IMG/VR virus record: IMGVR_UViG_3300032226_001346
Source: an uncultured virus (IMG/VR IMGVR_UViG_3300032226_001346)
Lineage: Duplodnaviria; Heunggongvirae; Uroviricota; Caudoviricetes
Reading direction: 5' to 3' (one strand)
DNA: 64,000 bases
Part shown: piece after piece, positions 47,596-56,492 of the stretch
Layout of the letters: each line of letters starts with the position of its first letter
Numbering within the stretch: the stretch's first letter is position 1
Made by a program: the position numbers and the translations under genes
Notes under the pieces: generated by a model
Told to the model about the DNA's origin: nothing
The model's database searches: none
What the model saw: only the letters and a program-made list of their open reading frames with translations

Positions 47596-48327
47596 ATGAT
47601 GACAGATTATGATCAAATTTTAAAATATCTGGTGCGAAAAGCAAAAGCCGGAGATGATCAGGCCTTTAAAGAAATTATTAAAATACTCGATTCTGATTTA
47701 AAGAAAATTTCTAATAAGTATTATATTGTGGGTTCAGATGATAATGATGTTCTCCAAGAATGTAGAATTGGTGTTTGGAAAGCTATTAAAGATTATGATG
47801 AAAATGGCGGCATGACATTCAAAAATTTTAGTGTTAATTTATGCGTTAAAAGACATCTTATTACGGCGATGTCACATGCAAATACTCAAAAATTTAAATT
47901 ACAAAATGAAGCAATAAGTTTATCTACACCAATATCACAAAGTGATGAAGAAGGTACACAAACATATTCAGATTATATCCCAGACCCAAATGCAGATCTT
48001 TTAAATCAATATATAATACAAGAAGAATTTGATGCAAATTTGGAATTAATAACAGACAAACTTACAGATTTGGAGGTTTCCATTTTTAATCAATATGCTT
48101 TTAATTCTTCGTACAAAGATATAGCAAAAGCCCTTGAGGTAAAACCAAAAACTGTAGATAACGCTCTGATGCGGATAAGAAAAAAAGCATCAGAAACATA
48201 TCAACATTATTTAATTAATCATACTATTGTTGAGTATGGAATATCTACATTTGATTCCGTAATATCAAATTTTAGCATATTTGAAAATGTAACTATTGGT
48301 ATATGTTCGAATATGGCCAATTTTTAA
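47596..48327 (+). CDS. sigH: RNA polymerase sigma factor, SigH (Spo0H)-like
   Basis: YYIVGSD.NDVLQECRIGVWKAIKDY....TFKNF..LCVKR.LITAM..A..QK and LTDLE...SYKDIA..L...K.VDNALMRIRKK closely follow SigH. Confidence 0.85.
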   Translation: MMTDYDQILKYLVRKAKAGDDQAFKEIIKILDSDLKKISNKYYIVGSDDNDVLQECRIGVWKAIKDYDENGGMTFKNFSVNLCVKRHLITAMSHANTQKFKLQNEAISLSTPISQSDEEGTQTYSDYIPDPNADLLNQYIIQEEFDANLELITDKLTDLEVSIFNQYAFNSSYKDIAKALEVKPKTVDNALMRIRKKASETYQHYLINHTIVEYGISTFDSVISNFSIFENVTIGICSNMANF

Positions 48328-48346
48328 AATTTCTTCGTATATTACA

Positions 48347-49465
48347 ATGATGAAAGCAACACTGTCTAGGAATTTATTGGAATTAGCTTTATCTCACGCT
48401 TATGATGCCACCGAAAAAAAAGCTTCTGAATCATTTTGTCAACTTGATTTTAGCTCCAATAATTTAAAAATTACAACCAAGGGCGCTTTCACAGCCTATG
48501 AAGAATCTTTAGCTGTAATTAAATGTGATGAAGCAGTAAAATTTTCAGTTAAAACCTCTACTCTTCTTGAATTTGTCCGACATATTAATGCAGATGATTT
48601 AATCATGTCTTATGATTCAAATAAAAATAATTTTTTGATATCTAGTGGCGACAAAAAATCAAAGCTGGCCATCCAAAGTGTAAATATCACATTTGATCCA
48701 ATTGTGGACGCAGAAGAGAATATTTATGAAATCCCGAATTCAAATGAATTAATTTCTAAATTAAGTTTCGCTTCAAGATTTTGCTCAAATAATTTTCAAG
48801 ATCATCCATTGACAGGCATTCATTGCTCATTTGAAAAAACAAAACTTATACTTAAATCAACAAATGGTGCCACGTTTTACAGCAGCGAAGTACAAGTTGA
48901 AGGCAAAGAAGTATCTGAATTATATTTACACAAAAAAACTTTTTCAATTCTTAAAAATATATTTGATAGTGAATCACTTCAAAAGATTTCTATTAACAAA
49001 AACTCAATCGTTCTTAAGTCTTTAAATAATTGTTTACAAATATTTATTGAAAAAGCGGTGGATAATTTTCCAAATCAAATTAATGATTGGTTAGATAAGG
49101 AATCAAGTGCAGAAATAAAAGTTTCTACATTTGAGCTTATAAAATCTTTGAAATTTTTTAATGGAATATTCGGTGATGCTTCAGTGCAAATCAATGCAGA
49201 AAATAATATTCTAGAGCTTTCGTGTAAAGAGAAAACAAGCGAGGATAAAAAAGAAAGTAACATTGCCGCCAAAGAGTCTGTAGTAGTTGAGCATCTTAGC
49301 GGTACAACTAAATCTGCTTATAACTCTAAATATTTCTTGGATTGCTTAGACTCTTTACAATCCACTTGGGTTGAATTAAAATTTATCAACATGCATGATT
49401 CGTTCGACTTGTGCAAAATGACCGCAAATAACACATTGATTTTATTATGTCCAGCTATCTTTTAG
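48347..49465 (+). CDS. dnaN: DNA polymerase III beta sliding clamp
   Basis: About 372 aa; LTGIH, STNG, FP, AYNSKYFLDCL and terminal LLCP motifs; next to dnaX. Confidence 0.75.
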   Translation: MMKATLSRNLLELALSHAYDATEKKASESFCQLDFSSNNLKITTKGAFTAYEESLAVIKCDEAVKFSVKTSTLLEFVRHINADDLIMSYDSNKNNFLISSGDKKSKLAIQSVNITFDPIVDAEENIYEIPNSNELISKLSFASRFCSNNFQDHPLTGIHCSFEKTKLILKSTNGATFYSSEVQVEGKEVSELYLHKKTFSILKNIFDSESLQKISINKNSIVLKSLNNCLQIFIEKAVDNFPNQINDWLDKESSAEIKVSTFELIKSLKFFNGIFGDASVQINAENNILELSCKEKTSEDKKESNIAAKESVVVEHLSGTTKSAYNSKYFLDCLDSLQSTWVELKFINMHDSFDLCKMTANNTLILLCPAIF

Positions 49466-50298
49466 AAGGTGAATCATTTTTTATACTGGCCAAGTTAGAT
49501 TCATTGATTGAAAACAAAAAAATAGAACTTAATCCAATGAAGTTATCTAATACATTGTCTTTGTTTAGAAATGTAGATTATTATGTGTTTATAGATCCCG
49601 ACAAACAGACAATAGAAAATATTAACTGTGATAATTTTATTGTCTGTTTTATGGATAAAAATATAGATTTAAGGCTTGATTATATCAAAAAAATCAAAAA
49701 CAAAAGCGAATATCACTGCTTTGAGCCAATACCTACTACAGATTTTGATGCACTTCGAGAAATTTTCCCGGAAATTAAATCATCTAATTTTTTGCCAAGT
49801 AAAAAATTTAACCTTAAATATAAAGGGTCTAAACAGAATTATGAATGGTATGATTTAAGTCTTATAGCGGATCTTCTCACTTTGAATGACCAAGGTTTAT
49901 TTGAGCACATGAATGATACATTTTTTGACATTTGGAAATTTTCGGATTTAATTTGGAGCGGAAATCCAAAATGTGTAGAACAAATTGTTTACATTAATGA
50001 TAAAAATTTTGAAGATTATTTTAATAGAATCAGAGAAACATCAAAAGATTATTTAGAAATTCTACAAACAAATGCAAAAAACTTCAATGAGCATAAAAAA
50101 CTTATGCCAAATACCTCTTTATTGAATGAATATAGATTTAATAAAGTAAAGGAGAAATTAAATTTGATTGATTCAAATCATCAAATTGATATTATTTATT
50201 CGTTTGATATATGCCTAAAAAATGTAAGATCAGGTTCAAACCCGAAATTAGAATTATTGAAGCTGTTCTTCAATTTCAAAAAATATGTATCAAAATGA
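49447..50298 (+). CDS. putative clamp loader delta-like subunit
   Basis: SYLLEGE.F start, DIWKFSD, and D...K.G..P..EL near the C-terminus, as in HolA; context. Confidence 0.45.
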   Translation: MSSYLLEGESFFILAKLDSLIENKKIELNPMKLSNTLSLFRNVDYYVFIDPDKQTIENINCDNFIVCFMDKNIDLRLDYIKKIKNKSEYHCFEPIPTTDFDALREIFPEIKSSNFLPSKKFNLKYKGSKQNYEWYDLSLIADLLTLNDQGLFEHMNDTFFDIWKFSDLIWSGNPKCVEQIVYINDKNFEDYFNRIRETSKDYLEILQTNAKNFNEHKKLMPNTSLLNEYRFNKVKEKLNLIDSNHQIDIIYSFDICLKNVRSGSNPKLELLKLFFNFKKYVSK

Positions 50299-50854
50299 TT
50301 TTGCAAATATCGATCTTTTAGTAGAAAAAGTAAAAAATCAGGATTCTCAAGCTCTTTGGGAACTCTTTGATTACTATAAACCTATTTTTAAATCTTCGGT
50401 AAACCAAGTTTATAAAAATTATAAAACCGTGGAAAAAGAAGATTTGATGTCTGAATGTATATTCATATTAAAATATTTATGTGAAAAATATGATAAAAAT
50501 AAAAGCTATTTCTCTTATTATCTTAGCACAAGAATACAACCATATTTAATATCTAAAGTTAAATCTAAATATATTGAAAAAATTGATATAGTATCTTTAA
50601 ATCATATTGATGAAATAGAATTAGCCGATAACTATTTTGTTTTGGATTTTTCTGACACAAATGATGTTAACATCAATGATAAAATCCAACAATTACCAGA
50701 AATATATCAAAAAGCAATAGATTTGTTTTATTTTCAAGATCTCACACAATTTGAGTGCGCCGCGATTTTAAATATTTCTCAACCCGCATTTAACAAAAGA
50801 TTAAAAAAATCTTTAAGACTATTAAAAGATTTGCTACAAAATGGTTATAATTAA
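50285..50854 (+). CDS. sigma-70 family factor (regions 2 and 4)
   Basis: ALWELFDYYKP, EDLMSE, YD....FSYY; LPE.YQKAIDLFYFQDLTQ.ECAAILNISQ. Confidence 0.85.
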   Translation: MYQNDFANIDLLVEKVKNQDSQALWELFDYYKPIFKSSVNQVYKNYKTVEKEDLMSECIFILKYLCEKYDKNKSYFSYYLSTRIQPYLISKVKSKYIEKIDIVSLNHIDEIELADNYFVLDFSDTNDVNINDKIQQLPEIYQKAIDLFYFQDLTQFECAAILNISQPAFNKRLKKSLRLLKDLLQNGYN

Positions 50855-50888
50855 TGAATTATAAAATTAATATGTATTAAGGGTGTAT

Positions 50889-51611
50889 ATGAATTCATTA
50901 GATTTCGAAGTTTTTACCAATTACAACAACTCTCTTAAGACAAATGACAAGATTCAGTTTCGCGCAATCCACGCAAAAGCTAAGTCTTTATTTGACAAAA
51001 AAGTTTATGCCGCTTCAGAAGTGGAAGAACTTTTGATCGCCGATGGTTATAAAGAAACTCTTGTTAAAGAGGCTCTGGAGATGTTTTCAAAAGACGATTT
51101 AAATGATGTGGAAGTGGACAGAAAAGTTACTGAAGCCGCAGGAATGCCTAAGAAATATTCAGATATTGCTCAAAATTTTGAAAAAGTTTTAGCTTCAAAA
51201 GGCGCGAATTTCTTTGTGAAAGTTTTAACAGAAGGGCAGGAACCTTTAATGAAAATTTCACGTAAAGAGCTTGAAACATTCCAAAGAATTGCAGATTTGG
51301 CATATGAAAATCCAGTTCACTTTGCCACATTGCATGCATATATGAAGCCTTCAATCACTTCTGAACTTGCAGAAAATGTTTGCAAAGCAAGAAAAATCAA
51401 AGACAAATGTAGTTTTGCCCAAAATGAAGATGGCTCGTTTAGGATCTCTCACAAAGGGAAAATTATTGAAGCATCAGCAAAGCCCGTTAAATCAACAAGT
51501 GAAAAATTTAGTAATTCCAATTATGGAACTTTTGGATTCCCAGATGAATACGTTGTACTAGCATACGAAGAAAGCGATCCATATTCAAAAATTAAAAAAG
51601 ACTTGAACTAA
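50889..51611 (+). CDS. hypothetical protein
   Basis: Long ORF upstream of the terminase genes. Confidence 0.55.
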   Translation: MNSLDFEVFTNYNNSLKTNDKIQFRAIHAKAKSLFDKKVYAASEVEELLIADGYKETLVKEALEMFSKDDLNDVEVDRKVTEAAGMPKKYSDIAQNFEKVLASKGANFFVKVLTEGQEPLMKISRKELETFQRIADLAYENPVHFATLHAYMKPSITSELAENVCKARKIKDKCSFAQNEDGSFRISHKGKIIEASAKPVKSTSEKFSNSNYGTFGFPDEYVVLAYEESDPYSKIKKDLN

Positions 51612-51620
51612 AATATTCAG

Positions 51621-51659
51621 ATACAGGCTATCTTTCTTTCAATAGAGGATAGCCTGTAT
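51621..51659. terminator. stem-loop terminator
   Basis: ATACAGGCTATC...GATAGCCTGTAT inverted repeat. Confidence 0.65.
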
Positions 51660-51668
51660 AATTTTATT

Positions 51669-52349
51669 ATGCCTAACGAAACAATTATCGATAATATCAT
51701 ATTAGACACAACTACCTCTTTGGAAAAAAGCGAAAAGGGTGACGATATTGTTCTTTTTAGCACACTAAAGGCTGACGCAAAACCAATTAAGCCTTACAAA
51801 TTGAGCACTTCTGGAATAGAGTATACGCAATTATATTCTGCCAAATGTGCTATATGCAATTCTCCCCATAGAACATTACTTGAACATGTCTATATTGAAA
51901 CAGGCAAAAAAGTTAATGCTGTTTTAAAATTTTTTGAAGAACATTACGCTGCTAAATTAAATTGGCCGCAGGTAGATTTACATTTAAAAAAACACTGCGA
52001 CCTTAATAATATACGAACTCCGGGTCTTTTATATTATGAAGGCAGAGAGGCTGAAGTATCAAAATGGAAATACAGAGAGTATGACTTGGCGCTCACCATA
52101 ATAATGACAGAGATAGATGAAATCAGATCATTAAATGTTCGAACTCCTGAGGAAATAGGCAAAAGAACTGATCGGCTCGAAAGATTGGCGAAAAGATTAA
52201 TAGAAATAAAACAATTGCGCGATGATAATTCTATGAATCTTCCAAATGTTTTTGCTGTATTGTATGAACTTCATGATATGATGGTTAGCGATGAAGATAA
52301 AAGAATTATTCGACAAAAATCACGCGAGCTTAAGGAATCTATAGAATGA
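51669..52349 (+). CDS. putative terminase small subunit
   Basis: CAICNSPHR...HLKKHC plus helical C-terminus; overlaps the terL start. Confidence 0.5.
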   Translation: MPNETIIDNIILDTTTSLEKSEKGDDIVLFSTLKADAKPIKPYKLSTSGIEYTQLYSAKCAICNSPHRTLLEHVYIETGKKVNAVLKFFEEHYAAKLNWPQVDLHLKKHCDLNNIRTPGLLYYEGREAEVSKWKYREYDLALTIIMTEIDEIRSLNVRTPEEIGKRTDRLERLAKRLIEIKQLRDDNSMNLPNVFAVLYELHDMMVSDEDKRIIRQKSRELKESIE

Positions 52350-54457
52350 CCAATAAAAATGTTCAACAAAGACAGCTCGCGGAATATTTGGAAAAAGCAA
52401 ATCGCGATGCATCTAAATTGGATCAACTTTGGGCGGGGCTTGATGATGATATTGAATTTGTAGAAAAAGAATATTCTTCGCGTTACGAAGTGCCTTGCCC
52501 AGAACCTATAGATAAAAGCAAATACAATCCATACGGGTATGTGGATATTGTCACATTTATTACACACCCTCACTTCCTTAGTTTAAATCCCTATCCCTGG
52601 CAAACGCTAGCGCTTAAGTTGTTTTATAGAAATACTGAGGGCAATACCGATATTGATGTCAATTGTGCAGACAAAAATGAAGAAAAAGATTGTTCAAAAT
52701 GTGTTTGGAAATATGTTGTAGACAACGAAACAGATTGCGCTAAAAAAATAAACAATGGCGAATCATACAACAATTTATTGGACCCCGCAAATTCTCGATG
52801 CCTGGCTTGTAAAAGATGCCCCTTAAATATCCGATCAACAAGAATTAAGCACGAAGTGGAAAAAGCCTCTAGTAAAACCACTGAGAAAATTTTAAGCGAT
52901 ATTTTAGATGATGATCATGAAGATTTATTTCAATCTGAAATGGATTTAATCGAAGCAATTCCAGATGAAGCTGTAAGACAACAAATCAAAAATAAATTAG
53001 AAAATCGATTTCAAGAGCTTGTTTTAATAATGGGGCGACGAAGTGGAAAATCGTTTATGACTGTTGTTATTGCTTTGTATGAAACTTATAAACTACTAAA
53101 GATGGGTCATTGCCAAAAGAAACTTGGATTGCCGGATTTTCAAGAAATACATATTTTAAATGTAGCAAAAAATGAAGGCATGGCTAAAGATTCTATCTTT
53201 ACGCCTATGAAGAGCAACGCTGTAGCATCTCCTTTTTTCCAAAAATATATCGGCGTGGATAATGCGCTTGAAATGAAGTTTCTTACCGAAAAAGACTTAG
53301 AAGAAAACGAAAGAAGAAGCAAAAAAGGACTTGCTCCGCTCGATGGAACATTAATTCTTCAATGCGGTAGTAGTAGCGCCAAAGGCCTGGTTGGTAAAAC
53401 CTGTTGGTGTATTATTATTGACGAGCTTGCTGCTTTGGCTGGTGATAATCCTGATTCCGGTCAAGACAAACAACTTTACACAGAACTAAAACCATCTATC
53501 ACAACATTTGGCAAAGATGGTAAAATTATTTGTCTTTCTAACCCTAAGGGGCCATTCGGGCAATTATTTAATTTGTATAGCACCAGATTGGATGACCCTG
53601 TAACATTGGTATTAAAGCTTCCCACATGGCTTATCAACGCAAATGTAAGCAAAGATTGGCTGGAAGGAGAACGGAAGAAAGATCCGGTTGAATTCAATAT
53701 GCAATATGGTGCAGAATTTGGTACTAATTCTGCAGACCCTTTTCTTTCTCCAGAAGATGTAGAATTTGCTTTTGTTAATTCTGCACAAACCTCAAGAACA
53801 GAAACTAGAGCGGGAGTGCATGATTATTATTGTCACGTTGATCCTGCAAATAGATCAGACTATTATGCTATTTCAGTTTGCCATGCAGAAAAAACTGGCG
53901 AAAAAGATGCTTATGGCAAAGAGATCAAAAAATATATTGTGGATCATATTCAGTTTTGGGCCCCGGTTCAAATGAAGCAACCAGTGCAAGTGGCAGATGT
54001 AGAGGAGTATTTAATTGATTTGCACCAACGATTTAAATTTAAACAAATAAGCTTTGATCAATGGCATTCCCAAGACACAATAATAAAACTTCAAGCAGCT
54101 GGATTGCCGGCTATACTTAAAGTTTTTAATAAAGAATATAAAGATAAAATTTATATTCACCTATTAGAATGCTTTAGAAATAAAAGAATTGAATTTTATA
54201 AACTTTCATCAGGCCGAGCAAAAAATAAACGGGGAGAATTAGTAGAAATATATGAAATTCCCGAAGCTAAAGAGCAATTTACATTTTTGCAAAAAAAATG
54301 GAAGAATGGAAGACAAGTAATTGAAGCTCTCACGGGGTATAAAGATGATATTTGTGATTCTGTGGCGGCTTGTATATTTGAGTGCTCTACGGAGCACACT
54401 ATAGTTAAATCTTTACCAAAACCAAGATTGTCATTTACTGGGCGATCTTTGAGGTAA
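52346..54457 (+). CDS. terL: terminase large subunit
   Basis: YPWQ, Walker A GRRSGKS, Walker B IIIDE, LSNP, nuclease HVDPA, SFDQW, KDDICD. Confidence 0.9.
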   Translation: MTNKNVQQRQLAEYLEKANRDASKLDQLWAGLDDDIEFVEKEYSSRYEVPCPEPIDKSKYNPYGYVDIVTFITHPHFLSLNPYPWQTLALKLFYRNTEGNTDIDVNCADKNEEKDCSKCVWKYVVDNETDCAKKINNGESYNNLLDPANSRCLACKRCPLNIRSTRIKHEVEKASSKTTEKILSDILDDDHEDLFQSEMDLIEAIPDEAVRQQIKNKLENRFQELVLIMGRRSGKSFMTVVIALYETYKLLKMGHCQKKLGLPDFQEIHILNVAKNEGMAKDSIFTPMKSNAVASPFFQKYIGVDNALEMKFLTEKDLEENERRSKKGLAPLDGTLILQCGSSSAKGLVGKTCWCIIIDELAALAGDNPDSGQDKQLYTELKPSITTFGKDGKIICLSNPKGPFGQLFNLYSTRLDDPVTLVLKLPTWLINANVSKDWLEGERKKDPVEFNMQYGAEFGTNSADPFLSPEDVEFAFVNSAQTSRTETRAGVHDYYCHVDPANRSDYYAISVCHAEKTGEKDAYGKEIKKYIVDHIQFWAPVQMKQPVQVADVEEYLIDLHQRFKFKQISFDQWHSQDTIIKLQAAGLPAILKVFNKEYKDKIYIHLLECFRNKRIEFYKLSSGRAKNKRGELVEIYEIPEAKEQFTFLQKKWKNGRQVIEALTGYKDDICDSVAACIFECSTEHTIVKSLPKPRLSFTGRSLR

Positions 54458-54486
54458 ATTATTCACAAATAAAGAATTTAAAAATA
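54452..54486 (+). promoter_or_regulatory. SigH-like promoter
   Basis: AGGT-N18-GAAT-N9-ATG. Confidence 0.6.
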
Positions 54487-55575
54487 ATGAATAAGAGAAT
54501 TGCTAATTTTGGTGGCGTAGGAGGGCAAAATAGTCCTTTTTCGCCAGGTAGTTCTCCTCTTTTTAGAGGTGGTCCTTCTGGTTATTCTGGTTATGGAATT
54601 AATAATTTTTCAGGAGATGTTTCATTAGATACTCTTATGTCAAGATCAAATAAACCAAATATTCTTGGTTTTGAAAGACCTTTTGAAAATTTATTAGAAA
54701 CATTTCATGAAAATGTTGAAGAAGATTCAATTCCATATCTTTTAGATTTTGATGAAAGAGTAAATTTAAAAAAGAAGAAAAAAATCCGGGCCAAAGAAGA
54801 ATATTTAAAATCTTTAAAAGATGAAAAAAACCCAGAAATTAATAAAAGAACCTCAATATTAGAAAGTAAAATCAAAACTGTTGAAGATTTGCTTGAAAAT
54901 ATGCGAAAAAATAAAAATATTGATTTTACCAAAAATGCTGCAATGAAACTTCCTGTAGATCCAGATGAATTTAGCTTAGATACTAAATTAAACAAACAAC
55001 ACATTAATGGCCCGAATAGTCTTTACAGGAGAAGAAATTCTCCTGGCACAGTGGATGAATATTTGCCATCTGTTGACGAACACGCAGACGAAAATAATTC
55101 ATTAAGTATAACTGGAAATCAATTCACTGAACCATTCACAGGAATACTTCCTCAATATAATCCTGTAGATGGGTTAGATAAATACATCGAGCAAATTAAT
55201 AATCCAACATTTCCAGATAAACACAATATGGAAAATGATACACTACTGATAAATACTCCAGATCCAGGTGAAAATATTAATTATTCAGTGAGTGGTAGTT
55301 TAGCCAAAGATGGTTCACCGATCACACCTCAGTCAAAAGATAATAATCAGACTTTGGAAGAAAAACTTCAAAAACTCAAAAATAATAATCTGGATATTAA
55401 AAGATTATTTATGCCAGGTGGGCTAGATTGGGATAAAAAAACTAGAGGCACTTGGGATAATAATAGAACTCAAACACCATATCAGGATGATGGCCTTGGA
55501 ACTGTAGAAAATACCCAAGCAATCGGAGAATTTACATCAAATAATCCTTATAATTCTGTGCTTGGAGGAAGATAA
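54487..55575 (+). CDS. putative head-associated protein
   Basis: MNKRIA N-terminus; N/D/P-rich; lies between terL and portal. Confidence 0.45.
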   Translation: MNKRIANFGGVGGQNSPFSPGSSPLFRGGPSGYSGYGINNFSGDVSLDTLMSRSNKPNILGFERPFENLLETFHENVEEDSIPYLLDFDERVNLKKKKKIRAKEEYLKSLKDEKNPEINKRTSILESKIKTVEDLLENMRKNKNIDFTKNAAMKLPVDPDEFSLDTKLNKQHINGPNSLYRRRNSPGTVDEYLPSVDEHADENNSLSITGNQFTEPFTGILPQYNPVDGLDKYIEQINNPTFPDKHNMENDTLLINTPDPGENINYSVSGSLAKDGSPITPQSKDNNQTLEEKLQKLKNNNLDIKRLFMPGGLDWDKKTRGTWDNNRTQTPYQDDGLGTVENTQAIGEFTSNNPYNSVLGGR

Positions 55576-56015
55576 TGAGAGAAATTTTAAAAGCTATCGA
55601 TCTTCTTGATGAAAATGGATTCTATAAATTGTCAGATAATATTTTAAATCATTTTATTAAGACAGCCGCGTGGCCTTACAATTTGACAAATATTGATACA
55701 CTTCCCTTTTCTGCGCGGTTTGTTACATGGCGTAGAAATCAAGATGATTACAATCAATACGATGATGTATTTTGGAAAGAACTTAAACAGAGAATTCCAG
55801 ATTATCGTGCTTTGCCAGTAGACAAAGATGAACAACACAATCTTGAAGGAGAGCTCCATGGCGATGATCCAGTGCCTGGACCAGCATATGTAGATCCTGG
55901 TAATTTAGCTTCTAGTCCGTCAATGAATGGGAGTTTAGATTATTTCACCTGGGATGTAGCGCATGATCAAAATAGCGGCCCCGATTACTGGAAAAATCTT
56001 CTTCCAAGAAGGTAA
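55575..56015 (+). CDS. putative head-associated protein with N-terminal LD.NGFYKLSD tag
   Basis: MREILKAIDLLDENGFYKLSDNILNHFIKTAA. Confidence 0.55.
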   Translation: MREILKAIDLLDENGFYKLSDNILNHFIKTAAWPYNLTNIDTLPFSARFVTWRRNQDDYNQYDDVFWKELKQRIPDYRALPVDKDEQHNLEGELHGDDPVPGPAYVDPGNLASSPSMNGSLDYFTWDVAHDQNSGPDYWKNLLPRR

Positions 56016-56042
56016 AAACGCACATAAGGAGAAAAAAATATT

Positions 56043-56492
56043 ATGCCACAGCCTATCATCCCTATACACCAACAAGAAAGCATGCCAATTACTTTTGGGG
56101 AATCTATGCAGCCAGAATTTCAATTTTCTGAACTTCAGCAAATTTTATTACAGGCAACGAATAAACCTGTGCAAAAAAAATATTCTCAAAATGCCCTAAA
56201 GGCTTTAGAAGAAATTGATAAATCAATGGATTTAGTAAGTACAGCAATTGCGGCTGATTCAAATGAAAGATATTGTTCTATTCCAGCTCATTTGAATGAT
56301 GAAACAGTGCTAGCATTAAAGGCTGAGGGCCTTATTACAGGTTATGGCAAATCTGTCAAAATCACAGATCGGGGTAGAGTGGCTTTAAGAGACTCTTATC
56401 TCAAAAGCACTAATGCGCTGAGAGACAGTAAAACAAGCGATAAATTTGATTACAGATCATTTTCAAGAATCGCTTTTAAAAAGGAAGATTAA
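56043..56492 (+). CDS. hypothetical protein (possible winged helix)
   Basis: LKAEGLI...VKITDRGR; AGGT-N17-GAAA-N8-ATG promoter motif at 56010. Confidence 0.5.
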   Translation: MPQPIIPIHQQESMPITFGESMQPEFQFSELQQILLQATNKPVQKKYSQNALKALEEIDKSMDLVSTAIAADSNERYCSIPAHLNDETVLALKAEGLITGYGKSVKITDRGRVALRDSYLKSTNALRDSKTSDKFDYRSFSRIAFKKED

